DNA from: Armatimonadota bacterium
Lineage (GTDB): Bacteria > Armatimonadota > HRBIN16
Assembly: GCA_963677485.1 (NCBI GenBank)
Contig: OY781964.1
Coordinates: 4,480,001 to 4,544,000, forward strand
Length of the DNA stretch: 64,000 nucleotides
Reading direction: 5' to 3'
Part shown: piece after piece, positions 37,858 through 49,597 of the stretch
How the letters are laid out: each line of letters opens with the position of its first letter
Position numbering within the stretch: the stretch's first letter is position 1
The notes under the pieces: model-generated
What the model was told of the DNA's origin: nothing
The model's database searches: none
What the model saw: only the letters and a program-made list of their open reading frames with translations
Position numbers and translations under genes: made by a program

Positions 37858-40800
37858 TTATCGGTCACTGCCGAATATTGCCACCGGACCCAATAAGCCG
37901 CTACTGAGCAGCGGGGACGATTTGTCATACGACACATTGGAGTGGGTGAATCGGCGCTCTGGAGGCAAGCCAGCATCACCGATAAGCCTGTTGGGTCAGA
38001 GATTGGATACCTCGACCTCGATGCTGTTCTTGCCTGGCCGCAACGCGGATGATATGGCGATACGGTAGGGCTCCGTCCAGGCGCAGCCCATCTGCTTACC
38101 GTTCACCTTCACTGTGCCGATCACCATCACTTTACCAAGATCGAGAAAGACCGCAGGGTTGGCCTTAAGCATATTCGCCGGTATGTAGATATCTTTAGTG
38201 TATGTGGCGGTACCCGAGTAATACTTGATGCCATCCACCGATGACTTACTCCAGGCTTCAAGTTGCTGAAAAACCACAGATGCAGGCCCACCCCATTTGG
38301 GATCAAAACGCACATTCCACGGGCCAGTAACATCCATCTTCTTGACCAGCACAGGCGTGTTGCTGATAGCTGGTCCCTTGCTGGTGGTCGGTATACTGCG
38401 GTGGAAGATCATAAACACTGAGCCGTTCGGAGCGAATGTTAGTGGCACGCTTGTGGTTCCGTTGGATTGGGCATACGATGACGCATTCATCATCTCACCG
38501 GTGACGGCATCCCAGATTTCGGGCTGTTTTCCCGTGACTCTGAATCGGCATACAGTTTGCACGCTTGTTGGCTTTGTATTCGTCACAAAGTAGATGCGGG
38601 TGTTTCCGTCAAGCCTGTGTATGTATTCCAGCGGAGTTTCCTTGGAGGTGGTGCTGTATTGGAAATCGGGTGGTACACCCATACTCAGCAGAACAGTGCG
38701 TTCACTTGAACCCCAGATCACCATCCCTTTACCCAGTCGACGATCACCTGGTTTTTGAGTATCTTGATGACCCCAGATGAGATCAGCCTCTGACTTCACC
38801 GCATTTTGGCTGGCGGGATAGTTGATCAATCCTGGTGCCGTTACCGGCTTCGGACCAATCACTGTCGCGCCTGCTTCGATGAGTTGCCGCAGTTTCTTGA
38901 TGACAGCAACTGGCATCGTGTTGGATTCTGGCAGCACGAGCAGCCTGTAGCTCATGCCGTCTGGCAAGACGATGCGACCGTTTCGCACGCTCATGCGGTG
39001 AAGAAGTGCATCGGTGTTGCACACATCGTAGTCGTAGCCTTTGCCCAGGGTCGGTATGGTATGCTTAGGTTCAACCAGGTTCGGCACGTTGGCACCATTG
39101 TAATAGCAGACATCGCCTACAAACAGTCCCTGCGACAATAGATACTGGCAACGGGCGATGTATCTCAGAAATGCCCCGCTTTGGTTCCACCAGGTGACAT
39201 TGCGGCTAAAGTGTGTACCGGCCGCGAACTCATATCCAGGCTTGCCGTCCTCATCACGCACCGTGTTGGATGTGTGTATAAAGAACCGGTTGAAGCCGTC
39301 GCACAGGGCTATATCGGCTGTCGGTTTGAGGTTCGCCAGTGACACCTTCCAGTGGATATCACCATCCAGCGCGGTGAATGATTCGGCGGCAGCGTATTTG
39401 CTGCCATAAAGATGGGCGGCGGACGATGTCTGCTTACCCACCTTGTTATAGATGCCTTCCTTCCAGTTGCGGCTCTGCCAGAATTCTCCCATAGGGATGT
39501 CCGAAGAGCTCAGGTTCCGCAGAGCGTCCATGGAAGGTGCGTTGGGGTAGCAGGGGCCGCCCGATTCACAGTGCAGACCGATGCCGTCGGCATGAGCCAG
39601 TTCCTGGAAGTGCTTGTAGTGGTTGACAGAAAAGCAGTCTGCCAGCGCCTGGCGGTAGTCGTAAAGGAACCGATCGGATATCTCAGGACTGCCTATGGTA
39701 TACCCCGCGATGACTGGCAGATAGGGTTTGATGTCATATCCTGCAAACTGCTTGAAGTATGTTTCGAAGCCGGGTGTCCAGCTTAGCGATCCCGACTCCC
39801 AGCTATCTTCGAAAAAATACTTCAGTGTGCTTCCGGCATAAGCTCCCGCGTCTTGAATAAGTGCTTTGGCCGTGGCTTGGTAGTGGATATCGAGGGCTTT
39901 ACGGCTGAGGAAGTCTACATGTAGACCACCATCGGCAACACGGCGGTTGCTGATGGTGTAACCCGTACGGATCACAACCCAACTGCCTGAGGGTACGACC
40001 CAGTCAAGTGAACCATCGGGGTTCATCCTGGAACTCAAGTCTATTACATCGCCGGGTTTTACACTATGAGTGGCAAATACGTCTGATGGTGCTGACAGAG
40101 ATGCTTTCGTGATGTCATGGATTGTGGCCTCTTCAGGCTTGCCATAAGTGTTGAAGTTGGTCTTATAACCGAGAAGCTTTTTCGCCTTTTGAAGGCTGGC
40201 CGATTCTTTTGTTAGGAACTCCGCCTTGACGACCTGCACGTTCCAGGGCGAATAGGCTGAGGTAATCAACAGCCTGAATATCCTTGATGATACTCCGCCG
40301 AGGGGTATCTCAAAATAAGGTGCATCGTTCAGAGTGATGCTCTTCACTGTCCCGAAGCTCTTGCCGTCATCTGACACCTGCACCTGCACGTCCTTAGGCC
40401 CAAAGCCTACTCGCGGCCAGATACGGAGGGCCTTACCGAGTATGGGCTTCGCAAACTCGAATTGAAGCCATTCAGGACGTTCTGGGCTGGGGCGTTCGGC
40501 TGGAGAAGCTCCCGATGAGACCCAGAATCTGGCATCATTCCCGTCTGCGACATTGGAGGCAGGCCAAGTCGGCTGGCTGCTGCTGCCGGTCACAATGACA
40601 CCGTAGTCTACATAGTCATCCGTCAGCCTGATGGCCTGGATCGCGATGTCTTTGTAGTGCTCAGATATCCCTGGGGGCACAGGCAGCATACCGGAAAACT
40701 TCTGAGGTCCACGCAATACCAATCTGGATTGCGTGAGCTCACGGCTGTTATACTCAGGTGTGATCCAGGGACCGCCCATGTCCCAGCCATAGCACAAATT

Positions 40801-41208
40801 GACGCTCATCTCCAGCTTCAGCCTGTGGCATTCTTTGACTGCATGTTTGAAAAGTTCTTGCCAGGCTGGGCTCATGAAGTTTGGACCACTGGGCATTGGG
40901 CCCGCGGCGTCGATGTAGGCGACTATCATCACGCCACCGATGCCTTTTTCTCTATACTCTTCAAGGTCTTTGGTCAGGCCCTCTTTGCTGGCCCAGTTCC
41001 TCAGCCAGTACCATAACACACGTGGTTTTGCTTCATCCGGCGGGTCTGTGAAACCACGTGCAAGAGTATCGATTTGAGGTGAACCATAGCACCGAGACGA
41101 CGACAAAGTCATCAAAACGAAGCAAATGAGCAGAACCGCTGCGTAACCACACATCAAGCCAAGCCACCATACACTGTATCCGTCCATAGACACCAGACGG
41201 TGGTTCAT
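37858..41208 (-). pseudogene. GH106 alpha-L-rhamnosidase with F5/8 insert, interrupted by an in-frame TGA
   Basis: KPRVLWYW, GWDMGGPWI, EDSWE, PMGEFW, AAESFT motifs. VSNL*PNRLIGD...SGLLGPV continues 45 codons past the TGA at 37996-98. Start is uncertain. Confidence 0.8.
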
Positions 41209-41309
41209 TGTACACCAGGGGCCACCATGCTTCAATGCGATGGTATCCATGCTACACTTTAGATGAGTTCACAGATAGTATCTGCAAAATGACCCCGAAA
41301 GGAACCATC

Positions 41310-43613
41310 ATGAAATTGAGAATCACAGCCGCGATGTCGTTAATGTTCTGTCTATCGTCCGTACTTTTATATGCCGCGAATGATGTCATGACCCACTCCG
41401 CTCCGAACGCCGTGCAGATTGAGGGACGGCTTGGCAAAAAGATGGAGCTTTGCGTCGACCGCCGCCTGTTGGTGCAGGATATCGAAGCCGTCGTGAAGCC
41501 TTACCGCACGAAAACGGAGATCGGTGGCGGCGATTGGCGGTGTGAGTATTGGGGCAAGTGGTACACCTCGCTGACACTGGCTGATGCCTACCATTCAACA
41601 CCTGCCACGCGGGCGAAATGTGATGAGGCGGTGCGCGCACTCATCGCTACGGCTGCCCCCGATGGGTATCTGGGAACCCGCATCCCCGAGCACCGTATGA
41701 AGGGCTGGGACGTGTGGGGGTGCAAGTATGCGTTGCTGGGGCTGATCGGTTATTATGACCGGACCCACGATGCTTCGGTGTTGAAGGCCGCTTGTCGGCA
41801 TACCGATGTGTTGATTTCGGAGTTCGGTCCAGGCAAAATCAGCGTGGCCGATATCGGCGAATGGAACGGAATGCCGGCGTCATCGGTTCTGGAACCTGTG
41901 GTGCTGCTATATGAGCGCACCGGAATGAGCAAGTATCTGGAGTTCGCCGAGTACATTGTGGCTTGCTGGAGCAAACCATCTACCCGCCTGCCGGCCGGAA
42001 TGCGTCTGGTGGAAGATGCACTGGCGGGGAAGGTACCGTCGCAGATGTGTGCGCCAAAGGCTTACGAGATGATGTCCTGTTTTGAGGGGCTGTGTGAGCT
42101 CTATCGCGTGACCGGCAAACGCGAGTATCTGGAAGCAAGTGTCAAGCTCTCGCAGAGTATCATGCGCGAAGAGGCCACGCTGGTTGGTGTTGGCACACAT
42201 AATGAGATATGGTTCGGCGGGGCCTCCCAGCAAACCGGTGTGGTGGAGAAGCCCATGGAGACCTGTGTGACCATCACATGGATGAAGCTCTGTGATCAGC
42301 TTCTACGACTGACCGGCGATGCTCGGTATGCCGATGAGCTGGAGAAGAACCTGTACAACGGCCTGTTGGGTGCGATGATGCCTGATGGCGGTTGGTGGGC
42401 CTATTTTGACGGCTTGATGGGCTTCCGCGTGCCCAGTTACGTGCAGCACGCGGATGTGCAGTTAAGCTGCTGCGTGGTGAACGGTCCCCGCGCCTTGATG
42501 CTGACTCCGTTTTGGGCCTTTATGCAGAATTCAGACGGTCCTGTAGTGAACCTCTACGCACCAGGCAGTTCGGAAATAGGGAAGGTGAAGCTGACGGTCA
42601 CGGGTGATTACCCAGTCGATGAGCACGTTGGCGTGATAGTGACACCCGGCTCACCCAAAGAGTTCACGCTGTCTTTGCGCATCCCTGTCTGGAGTGAGCA
42701 CACCGTGGTGAGTGTCAACGGAAAGCCGCAGACAGTGACCGCTGGATACACTAAAATCCGCCGAACCTGGAAAAACGGCGACAAGGTTGAAATTGTATTC
42801 GACATGCAAGGCAAGTTTGTGGAGCAGAATGGATACCTCGCGCTGACACGGGGGCCGATGGTGCTGTCACTGGATAACCGCCTCACCCCAGAAACTGCGC
42901 AGCAAACTACCCTTGATACCAAAAAAAAGCTGATACCCAACCCCTCAGCGGCGCGAAGGATCGGAGCGTGGATGGCGTTCGACCTGGGCCCGCTCACATT
43001 CTGTGACTATGCCTCCGCCGGCAACGGGTTCAGTCAGAAGAACCTGTTCCGCACCTGGCTACCGCAGCCGTGTGATCCAGCTTCCGTGTATAAAACAGGC
43101 TACACGATCCCATTGCTTTCGCACTCCGTAACCTGGACGGACCCGCCTAGACCGTTGCCCCGTGTCGAAAACCCCAAACTGGACCTGGCGTTGGCCGCCA
43201 ACGGGGCACAAGCCAGCTCCGATAGCGAGTATTCTCAGGAGCCGGGATGCACAGACGAGTTGATTGATGGCATCCTATCCACCCCGGGTGACTTTACGAA
43301 CAGATGGCATTCCGCACTCGATAAAGCTCACCCTCACTGGGTGGAGGTGCGTCTCGCGAAACCGGCGATGGTATCAAACGTCACGATCCATTTCGCCGAC
43401 CCAACTGGGTATCCTGTGAGTTTTGAGGGGTTTGTGATCAACTCTGGGCAGAGTCAGCGTGTGTTCAATGTGACGAATAACACGGACTCGAAAAGTTATA
43501 CTGCGAAGTTCTCGCTTGTCAAAGCGGACTCCTTCCGGCTGATCATACACAAGTCCGCGAGTTCGGCATTTCCCAATGCAGCTCAGATCAGCGAAATTGA
43601 GATAAACAAATAG
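41310..43613 (+). CDS. GH127/GH146 beta-L-arabinofuranosidase-like protein with C-terminal F5/8 domain
   Basis: Signal peptide, EYWGKW, ETCVT, SCCVVNG, LRIPVWS, RGPMVL motifs. Confidence 0.8.
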   Translation: MKLRITAAMSLMFCLSSVLLYAANDVMTHSAPNAVQIEGRLGKKMELCVDRRLLVQDIEAVVKPYRTKTEIGGGDWRCEYWGKWYTSLTLADAYHSTPATRAKCDEAVRALIATAAPDGYLGTRIPEHRMKGWDVWGCKYALLGLIGYYDRTHDASVLKAACRHTDVLISEFGPGKISVADIGEWNGMPASSVLEPVVLLYERTGMSKYLEFAEYIVACWSKPSTRLPAGMRLVEDALAGKVPSQMCAPKAYEMMSCFEGLCELYRVTGKREYLEASVKLSQSIMREEATLVGVGTHNEIWFGGASQQTGVVEKPMETCVTITWMKLCDQLLRLTGDARYADELEKNLYNGLLGAMMPDGGWWAYFDGLMGFRVPSYVQHADVQLSCCVVNGPRALMLTPFWAFMQNSDGPVVNLYAPGSSEIGKVKLTVTGDYPVDEHVGVIVTPGSPKEFTLSLRIPVWSEHTVVSVNGKPQTVTAGYTKIRRTWKNGDKVEIVFDMQGKFVEQNGYLALTRGPMVLSLDNRLTPETAQQTTLDTKKKLIPNPSAARRIGAWMAFDLGPLTFCDYASAGNGFSQKNLFRTWLPQPCDPASVYKTGYTIPLLSHSVTWTDPPRPLPRVENPKLDLALAANGAQASSDSEYSQEPGCTDELIDGILSTPGDFTNRWHSALDKAHPHWVEVRLAKPAMVSNVTIHFADPTGYPVSFEGFVINSGQSQRVFNVTNNTDSKSYTAKFSLVKADSFRLIIHKSASSAFPNAAQISEIEINK

Positions 43614-43688
43614 CAGTATAGAGGATAACAGCCAGTCGATGGTAAAAAATGTAATGATGTTGATCCAAAATCAAGGTGGACACAATAC

Positions 43689-46633
43689 ATGTTTGTATCA
43701 GGCTGCTTCATATTCGCAGCTGTGGTGGTGCTAAGCTCTGCGTCCAGGGCTTCCGGCGATCTGTCGGTAAAACGGACCAAAGAGGCTGTGATTTTAAGCC
43801 GTGCTGGGAAGTCACTCTCAGTTTCATTGGTATGCCCGAAGTTTTTGGTGCAGGACCAATGGGTCGGCGGTCAAGAGCTTCCGCTCAAGCTGACCGGCAG
43901 TCTGTCTACTGCCAGCGGGGGGCGGCTGGAGGCGTCATATGCTCCAATTGCCATTACCGGATCGGGGCAACTGGAAGTGCAGTTACATGTGGAGTGGTCC
44001 CCTAAGGACAGCACACTTCGGAAGTGGACCCGCTGCCGCATGATGGAGACCCCCCACACGGCTGTATTGAAGGAAGTGGTTCTTGAGCAGATTGATGGGG
44101 TGAAGGATGCAGGTTGCACGCCCACTGTCGGGCAGAGCTATCCTGTGTTTTTACCGGGCTTCTTCGCTGGCGTGGAATATCCCATCGCGGCCGTTCGGAA
44201 GACCAATTCGACTGTGTCGTTAGGGCACCGGCCAGGGAAAACACTCACACCTGGTCAGTGGTTCGAGAGCAGAAAGACGGTGTATTCCGCGGTGCCGGTC
44301 GGCGAGGAGAGGGCGGGCTTTAAGAGGTACGTGGCTGCACACCGGCCTGGAGCGGGCACATTCCATGTGAACTACAACAGTTGGTGGACATCCCCGTGCC
44401 GTATACCGAGAAGGACATTTTGGGGCTGGTGAACAGCTTCAAGACGAAGATGTATGACCCTCATAAAGTGAGTTATGATACCTTCACCATAGACATGGGC
44501 TGGTCCGACCCACTGACCATGTGGCAGGTCAACGCGAAGTCGTTCCCGAATAGGTGCCGTGACATCATCAGCCAGGTGACTGCCATGAAGTCGCACCTCG
44601 GCTTCTGGATTTCGCCCAGCAACTGCTACTCCCCGCAAAGTGTCGATACCGACTGGGCTGCGAAGAATGGTTTTGAGACCTACACTTCAACCTCCGGCAT
44701 GAAGCTCTGCTGTCTCGCCGGCCTGAAGTATGCCGATGCGTTCCGAGCCGCACTGGTCAAACTGGTCACCGAGTACCGCTCATGCCACTTTAAATTCGAT
44801 GGCTATGTGCTGGAGTGCACTTCTTCTGATCATGGGCATCTGCCCGGCGATCTATCTCAGGATGCCACAGCAGAAGGTTTGCTGGCGGCGGTGGCGGATA
44901 TCCGAAAACATTCCAAAAACACATGGATCGAAACCACCTGCATGGGCTGGAACGGCAGCCCGTGGTGGTTGTTCTATGTGGATTCCGTGATCGGCACGTA
45001 TGGTGATGATGCGCCTTACGGTCGTGTGCCATGTCCGGTCTACCGGGAGAGCTCCACCACAGCCCGTGATTACTACAATCTGCAGGGGGCGGAATGGCTC
45101 GTGATGCCGATCGTGGCTCAGGAAGTGCTGGGGGTAATCCACCAGACACCGGAGCCGCTGACCAACGACGCTGTGGATGTGATCATGCGCGGGCATATGT
45201 TCATGCCGGTTTATATGAACCCTGCCTATATGAACGACGCACGCTGGAAGAGCTTCTCGGAGCTGATCTCCTGGGCGAGGGCGAACGCCAAGACGCTGCA
45301 GCAGACCACTCCACTTCAGCCGGTCTCCTGGCAGAACGGTGAAGCTCCCAAGTTCGATGAGAACGCCGTGATGCCACGTGAGCCGTATGGTTACGCTCAC
45401 TGCTTTGGCGATCAAGGCTTAATACACCTTCGTAACCCCTGGATTACGAATGCAGACTATGAACTGAAGCTTGATGCCAGCCTGGGGCTGGATACTGACG
45501 CCAAAAATCTGAACATCGTGAGCCTATATCCTGAGCCGAGGTTGTATGCCCGGTCGGTGAAATACGGAGACAAACTGCGCATCCCTATAGCACCGTATGA
45601 GACGCTGGTGCTGCAGATCAGCAAAAAGGAGACTGCCAAGGGTTTAACAAATGCTCACGAGCAGACACCGAGCATATCTGCGTTGAGTGTCACGAAGAAC
45701 GAGAAAGCCAAGGTCCTCTACAATAGTTCAGACGCTGCCTTCGGTCCAGATTGGACCAGCCTGGTGGGCACTGCGAAGTCAGGAACCCGTGTTCAGTATG
45801 GCTGTGATGTGACGGTATCGGCGCCTGATACGGAGCTGTTGATTCTGAACGAGGCCCCCACAGATGAGATCAACTGCCCTGGCAGCATCATCGTGGACGG
45901 AGTGGTGGCCAAGCCTGTCATCACGGGTTCGGCTTCGGGCTGGAGTGCCACGGGACTACCAAAACACGAACACTGGATGTTCCTAAGGGTGCCGTTGCCG
46001 CAAGGCAAACACAGCGTCTCGATCGATATCTATCCCTCTGCTGGTCAGAGTTGCAGTGCGTGGATATGGGCCAGGAAACCAGGCGGGAACTCCAACATCA
46101 TGACGAATCTACTTCCACAGCCAGAAGTTATCTCACTACAGTCACAGTGCCTCATCGATCCATTTGCGGTGGACACTGTCGACGCGCCTGTGATGAATAT
46201 TGACCGGCCTGTGTCGCGCATCAACGGTGTCTATCTGGACACTCTGCAGCCCACGAGCGTGAAGCAGGGCTGGGGGACCCTCCAGAAGAACCAGAGCGTC
46301 TGGGAAAAGCCCATGATGATCGGCGGGGTGCGGTTTCTACGCGGGCTGGGCACACATGCTGAGGCGAAGATCGTTTATGATCTGGACGGCAAATACCGGC
46401 GGTTTCAGAGTTATGTGGGGGCGGACAGTAATACGTCGCCTACAGTGACATTCACCATCAAGCTTGATGGGGTGATCGCATGGGAATCTGGTTTGATGAC
46501 TCAGGCCGACCAAGCCAAGTTCGTAGACATCGACATCACAGGCAAGAAACAGCTCGAACTGATTGTTGGCGACGGCGGCAACGGCTTCGTAGGCGATCAC
46601 GCGGATTTTGCCGACGCCATGTTGCTGCGGTAA
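43689..46633 (+). pseudogene. Secreted GH36/GH27-like protein with C-terminal NPCBM domain, split by a 1-nt deletion
   Basis: YNSWWTSP (first frame) joins VPYTEKDIL...IDMGW...FKFDG (second frame) at TCCCC 44391-95. The C-terminus has NPCBM motifs GLGTHA and DHADFADA. Confidence 0.75.
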
Positions 46634-46663
46634 AATACTTAACTCATAAAGGAGATAAATCAA

Positions 46664-49534
46664 ATGCGATTCCTGCTCGCTTTATTCAGTTGTGTGCTGC
46701 TGAGCCTGCTGTTATGCGCTACAGGATCGGCGGATTCGGTCGCGACTTCGGGATTCGGGCTGTTCAAGCACAGCCGTGAGGGCTGGAACTGGGACGCCGT
46801 CACCAGTGCCCGCTTCACAACCGCTCTTGAGCAGCGTGACGGCAGTTATGTGCTGCAGTTAACGATCCTTGGTGATCTGTCTGACATCGATTACTCGAAA
46901 GCTAGGGTGGGTATCGTCTCAGGGACTCCTGGGACGCAGCCCTCTATCTGGTTCTCGGGTGAGAAGCCATACAAGCTGGATTCCAATGTGCAGTCGCCCT
47001 GGGCCACGAACCAGGTGGCGCAGGCTGTGCTGCAAAGCGCCGCGATGACGAAATTGGCAAATGGATTTACGATGGAGCTTGTGCTCGATTCCGCTCCGGT
47101 GTTCCGCTCTGCGTGGGACATGTATCTGATCATCGATGCCGATGACAACACCGTCAACGGTTTCCTGGGAACGGAATACTTGATTCAAAACACCAAGCTG
47201 ACCGGCAAAGAGGTACGCGACCTCTCCATCGCCTGGTTTGATTGCCGTCCAGCGATATTGAAGACAGGCCAAAAAGGGCTGTTGACGGCGGTGATACAGA
47301 ACAACACCTCCAGTGATATCGCCGAAGTCCGGGTGAAGCTTGTGGCACCCGCTGGTCTGAAGCTGCTGAGCAAATATGCAGAGCAGCTCAAGCTTCGTGC
47401 CAAGGAGACTAGGCGGATCGAGTGCTCCGTGGTCGCACAGAAGCCGGGTTATTACCCGGTCAGGGTTCAGATTTCCACAGATAAATCGCAAACAAGTGGA
47501 TCGCAGATGCTCTATGTGACATTGCAACGTGACCCCCGGCATGAGTTCCAGACAGCAAACGGGGGCTGGGCACAATACCCTGAGCGTCCTACCATGCAGA
47601 CAGGCAATGTGAACAAGATCGACGTAATCAAATCACTACCCTCGGCCAAACTCAAACGCAACCTGTTCGGCATCACAGCTCACATTCCGCGAAGTGTCAA
47701 TGAGGAAGATCCGTATGCTGTCACCCATCTGACTGATGGCGACCTCACGAGTTGCTGGGCGTCGAGATGGTGGCGGGTGTCGGTGCCGTATCAGCCGGAA
47801 TGGGTGCAAATTGACCTGAAGCGAACGATCAACGCCTCCGAAATCCGGTTCCTCCCGGCATGGAAGAACAGTGGAATGCCGGCCGCGTTCAAGATAGAGG
47901 GAAGTGTCGACGGACGGAAGTGGGAGTCGCTATACGAAAATCTGGACTATCAACCACAGATATCGGACGATGCAGCGAAGCGGCACGGTGAGTTGAGCTG
48001 GCAGTGCTTCCCGATAAAGAGCCGATCATTGCGATATGTTCGGTTTGAAGCATCGCGGTTGACCCAGGGTGGCACCTCCTTCTTTTGTGCGCCCATGGAG
48101 CCGTTCCAGTTCCGGATCGCGGAGATACAGGTTGTGGATTCGGCCGGTGCTACCGTGGACATGGCCAAAGCGGTCGCCTCGTGTTCAAGCGTGCATACCG
48201 CATGGTATAACTCCCCTGAAACCATCAAGAAGACATGGCCTCTGATGCTGAAATCCGGCGTGAAGGTCAACCGCATCGGCCAGTGGGGTGACAAGACCGA
48301 CTGGGCCACCGTCGAAAAGACCAAAGGCGTCTACAAGATAGATGCGGAACTCGATCGCCACATCACCGAATCGGTGAACAAAGGCATCGACATCATGATG
48401 ACGCTGGACTACGGCAACAACCTTTATCAACAACTGCCGGATGCGCCTGAATTTGGCCCCACCTGGCAGAGAGGGCATCCATTTCTGCAGTGTGCGCCGA
48501 CCACGCCTGAAGCGGTGGAAGCTTTCGCCAAATACTGTGCCTTCATGGCTACCCATTTTAAAGGTCGCGTGAACTGTTTCGAGATATGGAATGAAGAGAA
48601 CGGCTGGTTCTTTGACGCCTGGTCGAAGAACGGCAGTGTGGAGATGGTAAAGGCGTATGGCAAGGCGCTCACCGCTGCGGCCAAGGCCATTAAACAGGTC
48701 AACCCGGATGCTAAGGTCTGTTTTGGGGGAACCGCCGGTTCCGCACCTGACTTCTGGCGTATCGCACTGGACGAGGGGGCTGGTCCGTATCTGGACCTGG
48801 TGGCGTTCCACCCTTATGGCCACGGAACACCCGAATCCGCTCCATCTAGCTTCTTAACTGAGGTAGATGGAAAAATGGACTGGAAGCCACGTCCTGCTGA
48901 GATCACAGATTACGAGAGCGAGATCAGCGCGTTCCGCAGCCTGGTGCGTAAGTACAACCCATCGCTGGATGTGTGGGCGAACGAGATGAACTGGTTCGCT
49001 CCGGGTGAACCTGCGAATTCGGGCATGGGCGACATGAGCGATCTGTCGCAAGCAAAACACCTTGCCCGCTTCTATGCGACCAACGCCTGGCTGGGTTGCG
49101 GCGCGGTGTGGTGGTCGCTGTATAACGCCAACGGCGTTCAGGAGTGGGCTGTCCTGCGATCTGCAGATATGTCGCCTCGTGCCGCGTACTACTCGGCTGG
49201 GTATGTGTCGACGGTTCTGGATGCGGTCACTGCCGCGGATGAACTCAAACCTGAGATCATTGGACATGCGCCCGAGAATCTGGTGGTGAAGGCCTACCGA
49301 AACGACTCTGGGGAGCTGATCATTGGCTTGTGGCTGAAAAGCTCAGCGAATGACGGCTGCCAGCCCGTGGAAGTCAGCCTTCGAGTGCCGAACCTGCGGG
49401 CTGGCAAGATCGAGCTGCTGGACTCGCTATATGGATACCGACAAAAGGCTGAGTTCGAGAATGCAGGAGGTTCGGTCACGCTTGACCGGCTGCTTGTGGG
49501 CGACTGGCCGTTGTTTGTCCGGATCGCAAAATAG
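46664..49534 (+). CDS. Secreted multidomain GH39-like hydrolase with F5/8 (discoidin) domain
   Basis: Signal peptide, PEWVQIDL F5/8 motif, FEIWNEEN, AFHPY, WANE motifs. Confidence 0.65.
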   Translation: MRFLLALFSCVLLSLLLCATGSADSVATSGFGLFKHSREGWNWDAVTSARFTTALEQRDGSYVLQLTILGDLSDIDYSKARVGIVSGTPGTQPSIWFSGEKPYKLDSNVQSPWATNQVAQAVLQSAAMTKLANGFTMELVLDSAPVFRSAWDMYLIIDADDNTVNGFLGTEYLIQNTKLTGKEVRDLSIAWFDCRPAILKTGQKGLLTAVIQNNTSSDIAEVRVKLVAPAGLKLLSKYAEQLKLRAKETRRIECSVVAQKPGYYPVRVQISTDKSQTSGSQMLYVTLQRDPRHEFQTANGGWAQYPERPTMQTGNVNKIDVIKSLPSAKLKRNLFGITAHIPRSVNEEDPYAVTHLTDGDLTSCWASRWWRVSVPYQPEWVQIDLKRTINASEIRFLPAWKNSGMPAAFKIEGSVDGRKWESLYENLDYQPQISDDAAKRHGELSWQCFPIKSRSLRYVRFEASRLTQGGTSFFCAPMEPFQFRIAEIQVVDSAGATVDMAKAVASCSSVHTAWYNSPETIKKTWPLMLKSGVKVNRIGQWGDKTDWATVEKTKGVYKIDAELDRHITESVNKGIDIMMTLDYGNNLYQQLPDAPEFGPTWQRGHPFLQCAPTTPEAVEAFAKYCAFMATHFKGRVNCFEIWNEENGWFFDAWSKNGSVEMVKAYGKALTAAAKAIKQVNPDAKVCFGGTAGSAPDFWRIALDEGAGPYLDLVAFHPYGHGTPESAPSSFLTEVDGKMDWKPRPAEITDYESEISAFRSLVRKYNPSLDVWANEMNWFAPGEPANSGMGDMSDLSQAKHLARFYATNAWLGCGAVWWSLYNANGVQEWAVLRSADMSPRAAYYSAGYVSTVLDAVTAADELKPEIIGHAPENLVVKAYRNDSGELIIGLWLKSSANDGCQPVEVSLRVPNLRAGKIELLDSLYGYRQKAEFENAGGSVTLDRLLVGDWPLFVRIAK

Positions 49535-49597
49535 CTCATATGTGAGCATTAAATAGAATCGTAGCATCCATCACTTCACAAAATAGGAGTATACCTA

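Noticed and set aside
37996-37998. Selenocysteine or genetic code 4/25 reading of the in-frame TGA
   Set aside because: The position corresponds to a conserved Trp, not Cys, and TGA is a normal stop in many genes here.
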